Shown: positions 37,354-51,236, counted from the first letter of the stretch. The stretch: DNA of 64,000 nucleotides from Eledone cirrhosa (GCA_964016885.1 OZ024743.1:104160001-104224000), one strand, 5' to 3'. The notes: generated from the letters alone by a model not told the origin. Numbers and translations are program-made.

Positions 37354-40300
37354 ATGCGACGGACGTTTCTGGCCCTCATAATCAAAGTTCAGGATCGCAT
37401 CACAGGCACGCATTTCCTGGTCAACACCGGTGCTGAAGTCAGCATCATCCCAGTTTCCTGCATTCCTGGAAAAAGGAAAGAAACACCAGCATGGCTCCAT
37501 GCAGTGAATCATTCACATATTCCGACCTACGGAGAGCAGTCCCTGACACTAAATTTAGGACTACGCTGCACTTTCCAGTGGGTATTTGTTGTGGCTAAGC
37601 TGGCGACCCCTATTTTAGGAGCTGATTTTCTTCAGCACTTCTCACTGCTAGTGGACCTGAAAAACCAACGACTCGTTGACAACTCCACTGGTCTCGCTGT
37701 GCGTGGCATAGCCGCTCGGAAAGCCACAGTCAGTCCAGTCATTTCACGATCAGCAACAACAACCCGGTACACCCATATAATCAACAAATACCTAGACATA
37801 GCTCGACCAATATTCAACGCCTGCCCTGTAAAACATGACGTCACACACCACATAAAAACACACGGCCCACCTGTCACTGCATGACCTAGAAGGCTACTAC
37901 CAGACCGTCTGAAGTCCGTCAGACAAGAATTTCAACACATACTGGATCTCGGCATCATACACCCGCCCAGCAGCAACTGGTCCTCACCCATACATTGTGT
38001 ACCCAAGAAGTCGTCGAACGACTGGCGAATCTGTGACGACTACCGTGCACTGAACAACTGCACCGTGCCTGACTCTTAGCCAGTGCCTCATCTACAGGAC
38101 TTCTCTAGTTCGCTACATGGGGCTCGCATATTTTCGAAGATTGATCTTGTGTGAACTTACAATCAGATACCTGTGGAGCCCGTTGATTCCTAAGACCGCC
38201 ATCACAACACCCTTTGGAATGTTCGAATTCCTGCGTATGCCTTTCGGTTTGTGTAATGCAGCGCAGACATTCCAACGATTCATCGATACAGTCACCAGAG
38301 GTCTACCTTTTGTATATGCATACATCGACGACTTACTGGTGGTCAGCGGCTCCAATGAAGAACATGAGAGGCACCTGCACCTGCTATTCGCACGTTTGCG
38401 TGAATACGGAATTGTTATCAACCTCAGCAAATGTGAGTTCGGAGTTGCGTCCCTTCATTTTCTGGGACACATCATTGATGAAGATGGCATTCGCCCACTT
38501 AAGGAGCTGGTCAAATCGATCATTGATTTTCCACAGCCCACATCTTGCCGCAAACTGCGAGAATTTCTTGGCCTGGTAAACTTCTACAGAAGATTTATAC
38601 CCCACTGTGCAGAGACAGCCCAACCGCTCACAGATTTGCTGCGGCAGCGTACAACCAAAAACGCAAACATCAATCTCAGCGAAAAAGAATGTACCGCTTT
38701 CGCTGAGTTAAATAAAATGTTGTCCGAGGCTACAATGCTGAGTTACCCCAAACCTGACGCCCCAATGTGTTTATTGACTGATGCATCCGATTTTGGAGTT
38801 GGAGTTGTGCTTCAACAACTCTCTGGCGATATTTGGTGACCTGTATCTTTTTTCTCTAAGTGATTAAAACCCGCCGAAACTAAATACAGCACATTCAGTC
38901 GTGAATTACTGGCAGCATACCTTGCTGTCAAGCATTTTCGATACATGCTAGAAGGTCGAGTGTTCTCCATATACACCAACCACAAACCACTACTGTACGC
39001 ATTCAACGCCAAGCCTGACCGACATTCACCCAGGGAGGTCCGACATCTGGACTTCATTTCTCAGTACACTACTGACATTCGGTACATTAAGGGTGCCACC
39101 AACTCAGCAGCTGATGCCCCATCGCGCATGGAGCTTAACGCAATCCACACCACTGCCACTATCGATCTCCAGAAGATTGCAGCGGATCAACAGGATGATG
39201 AGGAACTGCTGCAGCTCCGGAAATCATCCTTGAAATTGCAGGAATACCCGCTGCCCTCTTCTTCGGGTTATATTTGGTGCGACATCGCCACAGGTCACGA
39301 GCGCCCATACGTGCCCCGGAAACATCAACGCAACGTTTTTTCGGCACTGCATTCTCTGGCACATCTTGGCGTCTGTGCCATGCAGAAACTGATGGTTGCC
39401 CATTTTGTGTGGCCCAACATCAACAAGGACACCCGCGAATGGGCTAGAAACTGTATCGCGTACCAGAAGGCGAAAATTCACCGGCACATGAAAGCCCCAA
39501 TCAGTTCTTTCGCAACACCTGATGCACGGTTCCAGCATGTGCACATAGACATTGTTGGACCTTTGCCTCCTTCTCACAACTACACTCATCTTCTCACCTG
39601 TGTCGACCGATTTTCTCGCTGGCCAGAAGCTTTTCCCCTGACGGATATTACCGCGGAAACTGTCGCCAAAATGCTAGTGTTTCACTGGGTTTCGCGTTTC
39701 AGCACACCTGCGACCATCACTACGGATAGAGGATATCAGTTCGATTTGCACCTCTTTACCGAGCTGACTGGTCTCCTCGGGTGTAAACACATCCGTACAG
39801 CGGCGTATCACCCTGTATCTTACAGAATGGTAGAACGTTTCCACCGTCAGCTAAAAGCAGCCATCAAGGCTTACGCAGACTCCACTAACTGGTTCAAATA
39901 CCTCCCACTCATTCTTCTCGCTATTCGTTCCACTGTTAAGGAGGGAGTCGGATATTCTCCGGCTGAAATGGTTTATGGCACCGTACTCGCTCTACCCGAA
40001 TGATCGCTCCTGTTTCGCCACAAGAACTTCCAGACCCAACAAAATATGTGCACCGTTTACGGTCATCGATGTCACATCTGTCTCCTTCAGCCCCTAAACA
40101 ACAGCACGTTACTTCACACATACCAAAAGACATTGATACATGGACACATGTTTTTGTTAGAAATGACGGTATTCCATCGCAACTTCGTCCGCCGTATTCC
40201 GGGCCCTATAAGGTGATACAGAAACGCCCTAAGTATTTCATCCTCGACTTGAACGGGAAACGAAACACTGTCTCCATTGACCATTTAAAAAAAGCGTTCA

Positions 40301-40434
40301 TAGAACAGGATTTGCCACCAGTACCCACCGTTTCTCCAGCAGACTCACCAACAACTTTGCCTGACACAAACACGACAAATTCTGCACAACCCCGACACAC
40401 CAAATCTGGAAGAACAGTTCGATGGCCCACATGA
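37354..40434 (+). pseudogene. pol: pol: protease, RT, RNase H, integrase (multiple stops and frameshifts)
   Basis: FLVNTGAEVS (DTG>NTG), [58 protein letters not shown]. Confidence 0.93.
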
Positions 40435-40836
40435 TATGTACAAGTTTATCGGGTAAGTACAAATTATGCACCTGGTCGACATTTCGGCTAATTTGTACAT
40501 TTCAATGAATCGGCCAATTTCTGTGGTCATGAACTATTGCTACATACAAATCAATTGACTCTGCGCATCATACACATCAAAAGAACAGACAAAAGAACAT
40601 TTTTCCATTTCTATGAAATGAATATTTTCAATATTATGTAACATCACAGTACATTTTCCTGCATGTAAATTTGTTTTGATTTGCATGTTTTCTTTCTTTT
40701 CGCTTGTTTGTAAATGACTTTAATGTATTTATTTTTTTTTTCTGATTTTCTTCAACAACACACCTAGTCATACCTATCTTAATTTCACATACACCTAAAT
40801 CATTCAATCTTTAGCTTTCTCACTGGAAGGGGGTAC

Positions 40837-41577
40837 TATAACGGTGGCAAAGATTCGAAACTGAGCTTTCCCGCCTCTGGGACAAGCCGTGGTTAGTTGT
40901 TTATGCCCGGCAGACCAACCCCTTGGGAGATGCTAAACACAGGTCAGATGTTGTTTACGCCTGGCAAAAAAAAGAGGTCAGATATATCCATCCTTCTAAG
41001 TTGTTTACGCCCAGCAGACCAACCTCTTGGGAGATTCTAGCCAAAGGTCAGAGGATATATATCTAACCTTCTAACTTCAACCCATATAAATATAGGGGTT
41101 GTTTACACCCTACCAGAAAAAGTGATACCACAGACATTTCACCTACTCTGTCAAATCTCCCTTCATGAAAAACGTCTGTCCCCTATTTTCTCAAACACCT
41201 TACATGCCGGGCCGAGTGATTACTACTACTGCTAAAACAAGAAAGTATACTAATACGCACACACGCACACATAGTAAGTTCACAGTTTTTATTTCACACG
41301 CACCATTTCTGTTTGTCAGATTGTATCTTTCAGATACAATACAATTATATTATAATCGTATTCTGTGACACTTGTATTTACGTGGCTCGAAGAGACACCT
41401 ACTTATTGTACGAATATTTCATGTTATAGATTTTATCATTCAATATTCAATTTGAATATTGTTATAATAAAATAAACTTTGTAACAACACAATCCTGGTA
41501 TTATTCTTTGCATCGAAACCATCATACCAACAATTCCATCTATTCACTTATCCGTTACAACTGGATTATTCGCTACA
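40837..41577 (+). repeat. 3' LTR
   Basis: Direct repeat of the 5' LTR with several indels and substitutions. Confidence 0.92.
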
Positions 41578-43288
41578 GGGGTACCTAAGTAACATACATA
41601 TCTCCTGGTCTGAACACAGCCAACTTCTACAAAAGGAGAGAGAGCATGATAGAGAGGAAGTGGGAAAGAGAACACGAGAAAAAGATATAGAGGAAGAATC
41701 TACCTCAGTATTAATCGACTGGTACATTTTTTTATCAACTTCAAAAGGATGAAAGGCATAGTTGACCTTGGTCAGATTTGAACTCAGAGAGTGCAACAAA
41801 ACAAAACAAACAATACAAAGCATTGTATCTGATGTTCTAATGACTCTGCCAATTTGCTGCCTTGGAAATCAATATAAGGAACAATAAAGGCAATGAAATG
41901 GAGGAGAGAAACTAGTGTACTGCATTAAATTCCTTTGTGATTGATGAACCCTTTCGATACAAACCCATACAAAACCACCTCAGGTTCTATGAAACAAAAT
42001 CACATATTTTAAAGGGTTCCTGCTTAAATTAAAATCGTTTGACAATTTTTTTTAATAAGAACCATTTGTTACAAATACTATCTTAATAATGAAGTAATTA
42101 ATGATGTAAGTAAATCCCTCTAAAATCTTCATTGATTAATTGAAATACAGTGTATTTCTTTAGAAATATGGTAATGAAATGTAGGTGAAATTTTAGTTAT
42201 CGACAAGTTAGCACTAAGAAACACCATTTTCTTTTTAGAATGACTGAAAATAAATTGCAGGATGTTAAGTTGGTAATTAATTAAGACTAATTAGATTATT
42301 TTAAGATAACGAATCAATCAGACTGCAGTAGAAGTGCAGTTGCAGTAGTAATTACTGTTTGTGTAGTGTGTGGACTACAACAACAATACCCACTAATGAG
42401 AAAGGCTCTATAAAGTTGTTAGAAATAACAGCCAAACCACCCTTAAATTACACCCTGCCATCTTAACTAGGGAAAAGATACATTAGATCATGTAGTCTTG
42501 TGTAGACTTAAAAAAGACAGGGTGGTCACAGTTGGTATGATTTTGATAATAGATATTCTTGACCTGGATCTAAACAACAGCACAAGATAGCTAGGAAGCC
42601 TCTCTGTAGTTACTCAATTAGTTAGAAACAGCAGTCAAATGTCCCTAGAGACACACCTAATAGCACGATCACAGCTGGAATGTATTTGATAATAGATCTT
42701 CCTGACCTGGGGATAAACACAAGTAAATGAGCATGTGTCAATGTGGTTGCTTGATCAGTTATAAATAGTAGCCAAATCTTCCTCAAATTACAGCATACCA
42801 TCCTAGAAACCAAAGAAACTACAATATCAAAAGGGTCAAGCAATCATAAAGTCTCCAAGGGTGGGGATGGTTAAGTAAAGGGTGAATAACATAGATCTAA
42901 TGACAGGGGTATAGTTGCCTGTTTTAAAAGATAGGATTGATTAAAATTCTTTGTACTACATATACTTACAGTTACATGTACATACATACATGATGAATGC
43001 CACTCAACTTCAAGTAATGATATCGCTCGATACTTAAGCATGAGCAGCATGAATGTGGCTTTTTAGTCCTGCTAGGGACTTGCCTACAGCCAGCCATGCC
43101 TTCTCCTAGAGAGATGTCTTAATGAAGACTAGGGGGTCTCTAATTCCACTGCCCCGCTAAAGAATACATATATACATATACACCTATCATATATATAATA
43201 GGCATACACAAAGTTGTACATACATGCATATACACACATTCACATCACACAAACATATATATGATATATATATATATATAACTAATGT

Positions 43289-43651
43289 GTTAGGAAAAAC
43301 ATACAAGGCGTGATTAGAAAAAATATTATTTAATTATAGATTTTACATGTGTTTCATTATTGAGTCATGTCACTGTCTATGGGTTGTTAAGAAATATTGA
43401 TATTTTTTATCATTTCCACACTACAATGGATGTCTTAACATCAACAATTCATGAGAAAATATGTAGTTCCTATAGATGATCACTTCTAGACCAATGACAG
43501 GTACCATTTATGTACATCCAGAGACTGTTGGATACTCCTTGGTCAACATAATAGCTACTCCTACTCATCACCACTATCAAAATATCTAGGAATTACACAA
43601 TGTAGAATTACATGATATTTTCCTAATCACACCTTGTTTGTTTTTCTTAAC
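43289..43651. repeat. Old inverted-terminus segment with pLTR/HHR remnants
   Basis: Left end gttaggaaaaacatacaaggcgtgattagaaaaatat pairs with right end atattttcctaatcacaccttgtttgtttttcttaac. Minus-strand GAAACacatGTA at ~43343-43357. Confidence 0.55.
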
Positions 43652-44436
43652 TTTAATTATAAATACTCTGTGAATACCCATGGATTAACACCTGATATAT
43701 TATCTCGCTGGATTCAATTATACCCGTTGAGTGACCCATCGGATAAGTTGGTATTTCATTAATAATTACATAATCATTCTGCAAGTCTGATACCAACAAA
43801 AAATGAAAACTACCTTATCCTTGTAACTCATTTTTCTTCCTCCAAGTGAGAAACTAATACACTTCATGTTATTGCATCCTCTTGTTTGTCTGTTTCTTGC
43901 TTGCTTGATTTATATATATATAATACACTTACATGCTTCCAGTTTAAAATAGGTACACCATTTTCTTGCATGTCACCTGTGTTGTAAGAAGCAACTAAAA
44001 GGGTGAGTGTCAGAAAAGTAATTCAGCTGTAAAACATTACCTCATAAAGTCCCTTTTAACCCATGCCAGCATGGACCAATGTAAAAAAATGACCACAATG
44101 ATGATGATGTTGATATATATGTTTCTGTCTTGAGTGGAATACACTATCAGCATCACTGCCCAAATGCAACAATTGTACATATATATACATCCACCCACAC
44201 ACAGTTGCACATATGTACATATATATACATACTTCTGCTTGGATCTGCGACCAGCAATTGGACTATTAGCAATTGGAGAGACCAATGGAAACATTGTTTC
44301 CTCGGTCTGATTGGATGAGCTCCATCCCACTCATTAAGTGAATAAGATCTGGGATCTTGTCGATCGACTATATATATATACATATATATCACATAAGAAA
44401 CAGAGAATCAGTGTTGCGACGAATAAAATTTATTAG

Positions 44437-44529
44437 ACATATTACAATCGTTTCTCTGGCGACCAGCTCGAGGCACGATCGAGGTAATGATCAAACCTGA
44501 CTCTGAAATCGTAAGGTCCTCAGATACGT
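44437..44529 (-). ncRNA. Type I hammerhead ribozyme motif with a partly mutated stem II base
   Basis: Minus strand: acgtat CTGAGGA ccttacga...tcgccaga GAAAC gatt GTA atatgt. Confidence 0.65.
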
Positions 44530-44588
44530 CTCGATTGTACGAATCAGTTTCCAAATCTGATTTGGAAACTCTGATTCGTAGAATGGAG

Positions 44589-44681
44589 ATATATCTGAGG
44601 ATCTTGCGATTTCAGAGTCAGGTTTGATCATTACATCGATCGTGCCTTGAGCTGGTCGCCAGAGAAACGATTGTAATATGT
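44589..44681 (+). ncRNA. Type I hammerhead ribozyme motif
   Basis: atatat CTGAGGA tcttgcga...tcgccaga GAAAC gatt GTA atatgt. Confidence 0.75.
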
Positions 44682-44906
44682 CTAATAAATTTCATTCGTC
44701 GCAACACTGATTCTCCGTTTCTTATGTGATATATATGTATATATATATATATATAGTCGATCGACAAGATGCCAGATCTTAAACATGAAGTTTATTAGTT
44801 TCTCACTTGGAGGAAGAAAAATGAGTTACTCTGCTCTGTAAGAGCATCGAGTGCTCAAACGGCCTACCGCTTACAGACACTTTAAGCATCCCACACCAAT
44901 TATATT

Positions 44907-44992
<86 letters not shown>

Positions 44993-44994
44993 AC

Positions 44995-46303
44995 AGATGC
45001 TCTCTTCTAAGTGAGACAACTACAAGAGGGGTTCTTAGAGAAGAATAAGCCACTATACTTAGCTTTTGTTGACCTAGAGAAGGCCTTTGATAGGGTACCC
45101 CGATCTGTCATCTGATGATCCCTAAGAAAACTAGGTGTAGAGGAATGGTTTGTGAGGACAGTGCAAGCTATGTACAGAGGTGCTGTCAGTAAAGTGAGAG
45201 TAGGAGTGGAGTTTAGTGAGGAATTCCAGATACAAGTAGGAGCACATCAAGGTTCGGTCCTCAGCCCGCTCTTGTTCATTAGAGTCCTCCAAGCCATAAC
45301 AGAAGAGTTTAAGACTGGCTGCCAATGGGAACTTCTCTATGTTGATGATCTTATAGCAGAATCAGTAGAGGAGCTAGAGAAGAAATTCTGGCTATGGAAA
45401 CAGCAGTTGGAATCAAGAGGACTGAGAGTGAACATAGCTAAGACAAAAAGTGTTGATACGTAGAAAAGAGGACAAAACTCTGATTCCATCAGGGAAATGA
45501 CCATGTTCGATATGTAGAAAAGGAACTGGCATAAATTCTATAAAATGGACATGCAGATCTTGGGTACACAAGAGATGTAGTGGGATAGCAGGCAAACTAA
45601 CAGGTAGGGAAAACTACATATGCAGTAGATGTACAGGGAAATTTGATAGTAGTAATCGCAGTGATAGACATATCTTTCAAATGCAGGTGGGTTCTATAGA
45701 AGTGGTTGATAGCTTCCGGTACCTAGGTGATCAGATTAGCATAGGAGAGGGTGTTCCGAAGCCATAGTATCTAGAATAAGGACGGGTTGGAAGAAGTTTA
45801 GGGAGCTGCTTCCTCTGTTGACAAAGAAGGATTTCTCCCTGCGTACGAAAGGCCGGTTATATGATGCCTGTGTGAGATGCACGATGCTGCATGGTAGTGA
45901 GATATGGGCAGCAACTACAGAGGATATGTGACGGCTGGAGAGAAATGAAGCAAGTATGCTCCATTGGATGTGCAATGTCAATGTACGTGAATGACCAAGC
46001 ATAGATGAGTTGAGAGGGATAAGTTGTGATGTGCAGGAGAGAAGGCTGAGATAGTATGGACATGTGATGCGCATGGAGGATGACCGCTGGGTAAAGAAGT
46101 GCCAAGAAATCCCAGTAGAAGGAAGACGCAGTAGAGATAGACCACGAAAAACATGGGCGGAGGTGGTGAGAGCAGACCCCCAGATCGCTGAAACTCACCG
46201 AGGAGATGAAGGACCGTAACAAGTGGAGAGATTCTGTGCTGAATAGGACCCGTCCCACTCTTGCAAGCAGGGAAAAGCGGATGTAAAATGAGGATGATGA
46301 TGA
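44995..46303 (+). mobile_element. Decayed 5'-truncated RTE LINE (second family)
   Basis: AFVDLEKAFDRVP, GAHQGSVLSPLLF, LLYVDD, PHD remnant, LHGSE; (GAT)n tail; many stops. Confidence 0.9.
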
Positions 46304-48690
46304 TATATATATATATGGTATATATACACACACATAATACACACATACACATATATATATATATACTCTGTATTTATCGTTGTTATGGTCTATGCCTTTG
46401 GTCGCTTTCTTGGTGTCACACTTATTAACTGTTGTGTTTACTCTGGACAGTAATGTATTAACATACCACTCTATCAAGTGCTTTGTGATTGCCTCAAACA
46501 ACTCAAATAGTACCTGTTATATGGCAGCTACAATTTCAATTTATACCTATATATATATATATGATTTATACTCATTACTAATATATATCATCATCATCAC
46601 CGTTTTACATCCGTTCTTCCACGTTAGCATGGGTTAGACAAGTTGTCCTGCTGTGGGCAGTGTCCGGTCGGCTGACCTTGTCTTGCTCATCCGGGAACTG
46701 ATTCTGGCTTGATTTCTACAGCTGGATGCCCTTCCTAACACCAACTTCATTTACAGTGAGTGCTGGGTGCTTTTTTTCCGTGGCGCCTACACGTCCACTT
46801 TACAGTGAGTGCTGGGTGCTTTTTTGCCGTGGCACCCTCCCACTTTGCAGTGGGAGGGGTGTGGGGGCATATTGTCTATATGCTTCAGCTTCGGCTTGTA
46901 CCCTGATATATAAATATATATAAATCCCACTTCCAAAGTTGTACATAATCTCTTTCTGTTCAGCAATCTCTTCAAACCCCATCTGCCTGCCTGTCTGTTT
47001 GTTTCTGTTGTTTTTCTCCACACCTCACCTCCTCACTCCACTGTAATTATGACCAAGGGAGTGGCATCAAACACAAGAATCTGCTGCTCCTATGACATGA
47101 TATATTCAATTACACATAAACTTACCCACACCTTTGTATGTATATTTACTAAGTTACTATAGCAACCTGTGTAGATAGATAGATATGTTTCTTTATTAGC
47201 CACAGGGGCACAAAAGAAGGGGGACAAATAGATAGATAGATAGATAGATACACAACAAACCTAAACTAGCCAAAAAATGCACCACTCCAAATGCTATTAT
47301 GTGATAACAAATATTATAATTATAACTATGTATATAGTAGTTTTAATTTCAATCTAATTTAATTGGGTAATTATATTTTGTTAGAGGGTAGGGTGGCGTA
47401 AGAAAACAAAAATATTATCATGTCTCTGATACTCTGAGTGTGTGTGTGTGTATATATCATCATCATCATCATCATCATCGTTTAACGACCATCTTCCATG
47501 CTAGCATGGATAGGCATGAGTAGGACAGGCTGTCCCTTTGTGAGGGATCAGGTTGGGGTCGTGTGATTTGCTCACACAGAACTGGATGAGTGAATCATGG
47601 TCCTTTGTCCTGATTCTCTCACAAAGTGTCAGCCCGCCCTACCTATAGCTGGATGTCCTTCCTAACACACACATATACATGTGTGTGTGGGTGGGTGTGT
47701 AACATACCTCTGATACTCTGTGGATTAAGATCTGGTGCCAAAGGTTTTTCTGTTGTGTTGTTGCTAGTAGTAGTGTAATTGTTGTTGGTGTTGTTGTTAA
47801 TGGTGAGTGATGATGGTAACAGTGGTGTAGTTGGCATTGCTGGGATGTCCCTTTTGTTGAAATGATGTTAGTGGTGATGATGGGTGATGATAGCATAATG
47901 CAGTGTTGACAATAGTGTTGAAGGTGCTCTGTGGCAGTGCTGCTGCTGTTGTTGATGGTGATGGTGGTGGTGGTGGGGGGGGGTGACAAGGATGCTGTGA
48001 TGACAGTGGTGTTGGTGCTGGTATTGTTGTTGGTGCTGCTGATAGTGGTGTTGGTGAGAATGTTGGTGGTGTTGGTCCTGGTATTGTTGTTGGTGGTGGT
48101 GGTGGTGTTGATACTGTTGGTAGAAGTAAGTATATGTGTGGGAATATGGTTGTTGTTGTTATTGTTGCTGAGAAATGTCAGTCTGTAAACTATTTACATT
48201 ACTAATTACAATCTACACCAGTTTGTGTGTATGTGTGTGTGTATGTGTGCAAGTGTGTGTGTGTGAGAGAGAGAGAGAGAAAGTGTGTGAATGTGTGTGT
48301 GGTTTTTACCCCACCCTGTTGGGTAGTAATCATTGTTGTGGTCATGATATTAGAGAGAAACGGTTGGTTGGGAGGTGGAGATAGTCACAATTTTCTTAAA
48401 TTCTCTTAAATCTCTCTTCCTACCAACCATAATCATTCACATTGTCTGTCTGTCTATCTCTCCCTTTCTCTTCATAAAAATATGTATATATATATATAGG
48501 ATATCCCGTAGATAAAAAGCCAAGAAAAACAATGCTCAGTCTATTTAATTAAATTATATGTATACTTAGAGGCGGCAGCCCAAGTGACAACAGCTGTATT
48601 GTATCACCTTTGAGTTAAAAACAAAAACCACACATTTTTTTCAATCTTTGTTTTTTTTCATTCTGTTTTTTTGCTAACTATTATGCAATA

Positions 48691-48750
48691 TTCACCTGAT
48701 GATGTCAACAGGTTCATACGTAACCTGGCCACTGAAATGTGTATAGCGAT
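48691..48750 (+). ncRNA. Degenerate hammerhead motif in a pLTR-like segment (~48500-48810)
   Basis: ttcac CTGATGA tgt..caggtt catacgt aacctg..act GAAA tgtgta TA gcgat. Stem I is imperfect. Confidence 0.45.
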
Positions 48751-49294
48751 TGCAGAATTAAAAATTTGAAGGAATACAACCCGTCCGGCCTCCTGTCATT
48801 TTACCCTATAATATATATATATATATCCTCATCATCATCATCATCATTTTACATTTGCTTTTCCCTGCTTGCAAGGGTGGGACGGGAACTGATTCTGGCT
48901 CGATTTCTACAGCTGGATGCCCTTCCTATATATATATATATATATATATATAAATGCACACAGTACATACTGTAAAGTAATTGGTGACAGGAAGGGCTTC
49001 CAGCAGTAAAAAGCTCAACAAACAAAGGGTCAGCAAGGACCTTCAATCACGTCAAGAGAATGACAACCATACTAGTGTTGATGATTTACACGATAAATGC
49101 ACCCAGGGATGGAGAACCCTCAGTTGTGTCAAAGGCATGACAACCTCTCCTGAGCACTCAATGGAACACGAGACTGTAGATATGAGCACAGGTCCCTGGC
49201 TTGCTTGGGAGATCAGTGACTCTGCTTCTGTACTGACTTGGTCTATATGGAAAGTGGATGTTAAATCAATAGCAGGGAAAGTGGATGTTAAATC

Positions 49295-49344
49295 AGGGGG
49301 ACGCTAGAGTAACAACAAAAGGGTTTAAGCAACGGAAAGTGAGT

Positions 49345-49390
<46 letters not shown>

Positions 49391-49402
49391 TATATATATA
49401 TA

Positions 49403-49462
<60 letters not shown>

Positions 49463-49512
49463 ACTCACTTTCCGTTGCTTAAACCCTTTTGTTGTTACTC
49501 TAGCGTCCCCCT
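49295..49512. repeat. Perfect ~52-bp inverted repeat around ~115 bp of (TA)n
   Basis: agggggacgctagagtaacaacaaaagggtttaagcaacggaaagtgagtag and its exact reverse complement. Confidence 0.95.
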
Positions 49513-49608
49513 TTATTTACGTGTCCCAACGACTTTTTTTAGCCGTTGTTCGCACCAACCTGAGGCATATGGCCCTTAAAGCGATGAAATGCCGAGGACG
49601 GTTGGAGG

Positions 49609-49630
49609 GTCACTGATGAAGGACTCACTT

Positions 49631-49668
<38 letters not shown>

Positions 49669-49698
49669 GGCAAAAGTAAATCGAAATAAATACATGAT
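49609..49698 (+). ncRNA. Degenerate hammerhead motif with (TA)n inside stem II
   Basis: gtca CTGATGA agga..tttca(TA)n tgaaa..tc GAAA taaata CA tgat. Confidence 0.4.
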
Positions 49699-49934
49699 TT
49701 TGCTCTTCCGTATAAGCTATGGAAATTAGATGTGAAAATATTTTGTTCCAGAGTCATATGACAATGTTATAGAAAGAATATTAATTATATCTTGTAATAC
49801 ATGTGACAAGGCAGAATTAATCAGAATTAATGAAAATAATGAGAAAAATAATCCCGAGTATAAAATTATTAACGCTTGCTAGATGGGAAAGCAGACATTA
49901 AATGTTGATGATGAGGTGGATATATATAAACACA

Positions 49935-50260
<326 letters not shown>

Positions 50261-50899
50261 AATTATCATCATTTCCATTTAATGTCAATTTTTCTACGCT
50301 AGCATGGGTTAGGAGCGTTGTCCCGTTGTGAGACAAGCCGGATCATGTGACTGTGTCTTGCTCATATAGAACTATTTTCAGCTTGGTTTCTATAGTTACT
50401 TGCCCTTCCTAACACCAACCACATTTACAGCATAGACTGGGTACTTTTTTCATTGTTTCACCAGCATGACAACCTTACAGGGTGAACCAGGTGCTTTTTG
50501 ACATGTCACCAACACAACCACTTTACAAGGTGGACTGTGTGCTTATATGTTGTGTCACTAGTACAACCACCTTACAGGGGAGTGGGGGAACTGAGTGCTC
50601 TTTTGTCATGTCACCAACATGAGCACCTTACATGGTGGACTAGGGGCTTTTGTTGTGTCACCAGCATGACCACCTTACAGGGTTGACTGGGAGCTTGTAG
50701 CCATTTCAGCAGCATTGTTGGGGAGCGTCTCCACTTTTTATGCTTGTATGCATGGGTTGGACAAGAGAGGTGTATCATATGTAGGAAGTGTATGTTGGAT
50801 GGGGATTGGAGAGGTTGGGATTGGAAAGGTGGAGTACTTAGCTGGTGAAGGGTGGAGTGTTAAGATGTGGGAGGTGTATGGAAGGGGGAGAGAAGTGGT

Positions 50900-51180
50900 G
50901 CACACTAGAGTACTCTAGATGTTTACTCCATCCTGTATACATGGGGAGGTGGTTCTTCTGCAATACTGCATGACATCAGAGATCTCAGTCCTGTTTCATC
51001 ACCTTTGAGGGGTTTAATTGTGTGAGGTCAGTTTTTATCACTTCCTCTCTAGCTTTCCTATGTCTTCCTCTTCCATAGTTACCTACAACATTAAAAGCCC
51101 TGCATCTTTTTAAACAGCTGTCATCTTCCATATGCATCACATGTCCATACCCTGACAATCTCCTTTCCTGTACACTATAT
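50900..51180 (-). pseudogene. Decayed RTE 3' ORF fragment; another at ~51900-52190
   Basis: Aligns by eye with 61560-61790 and 61730-62010 (cagctgtcatc..gcatcacatgtccatac). Confidence 0.6.
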
Positions 51181-51236
51181 ATATGGAGCTAGCTGTCGGG
51201 GGTCCTGAATCTCTTCACACACACACACATATATAT

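Larger units (their letters stand above)
35648..41577 (+). mobile_element. Full-length degenerate Ty3/Gypsy LTR retrotransposon
   Basis: LTRs 35648-36435 and 40837-41577; TSD GGGG; PBS-like TGGTGATCCC at 36438; PPT GGAAGGGGG before the 3' LTR; gene order gag-PR-RT-RH-IN. Confidence 0.95.
44343..44781. mobile_element. ~440-bp palindrome of two head-to-head pLTR-like arms, each with a hammerhead motif
   Basis: Arms of ~215 bp meet at tttccaaatc-t-gatttggaaa (~44558). HHRs at 44437-44529(-) and 44589-44681(+). Confidence 0.9.
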
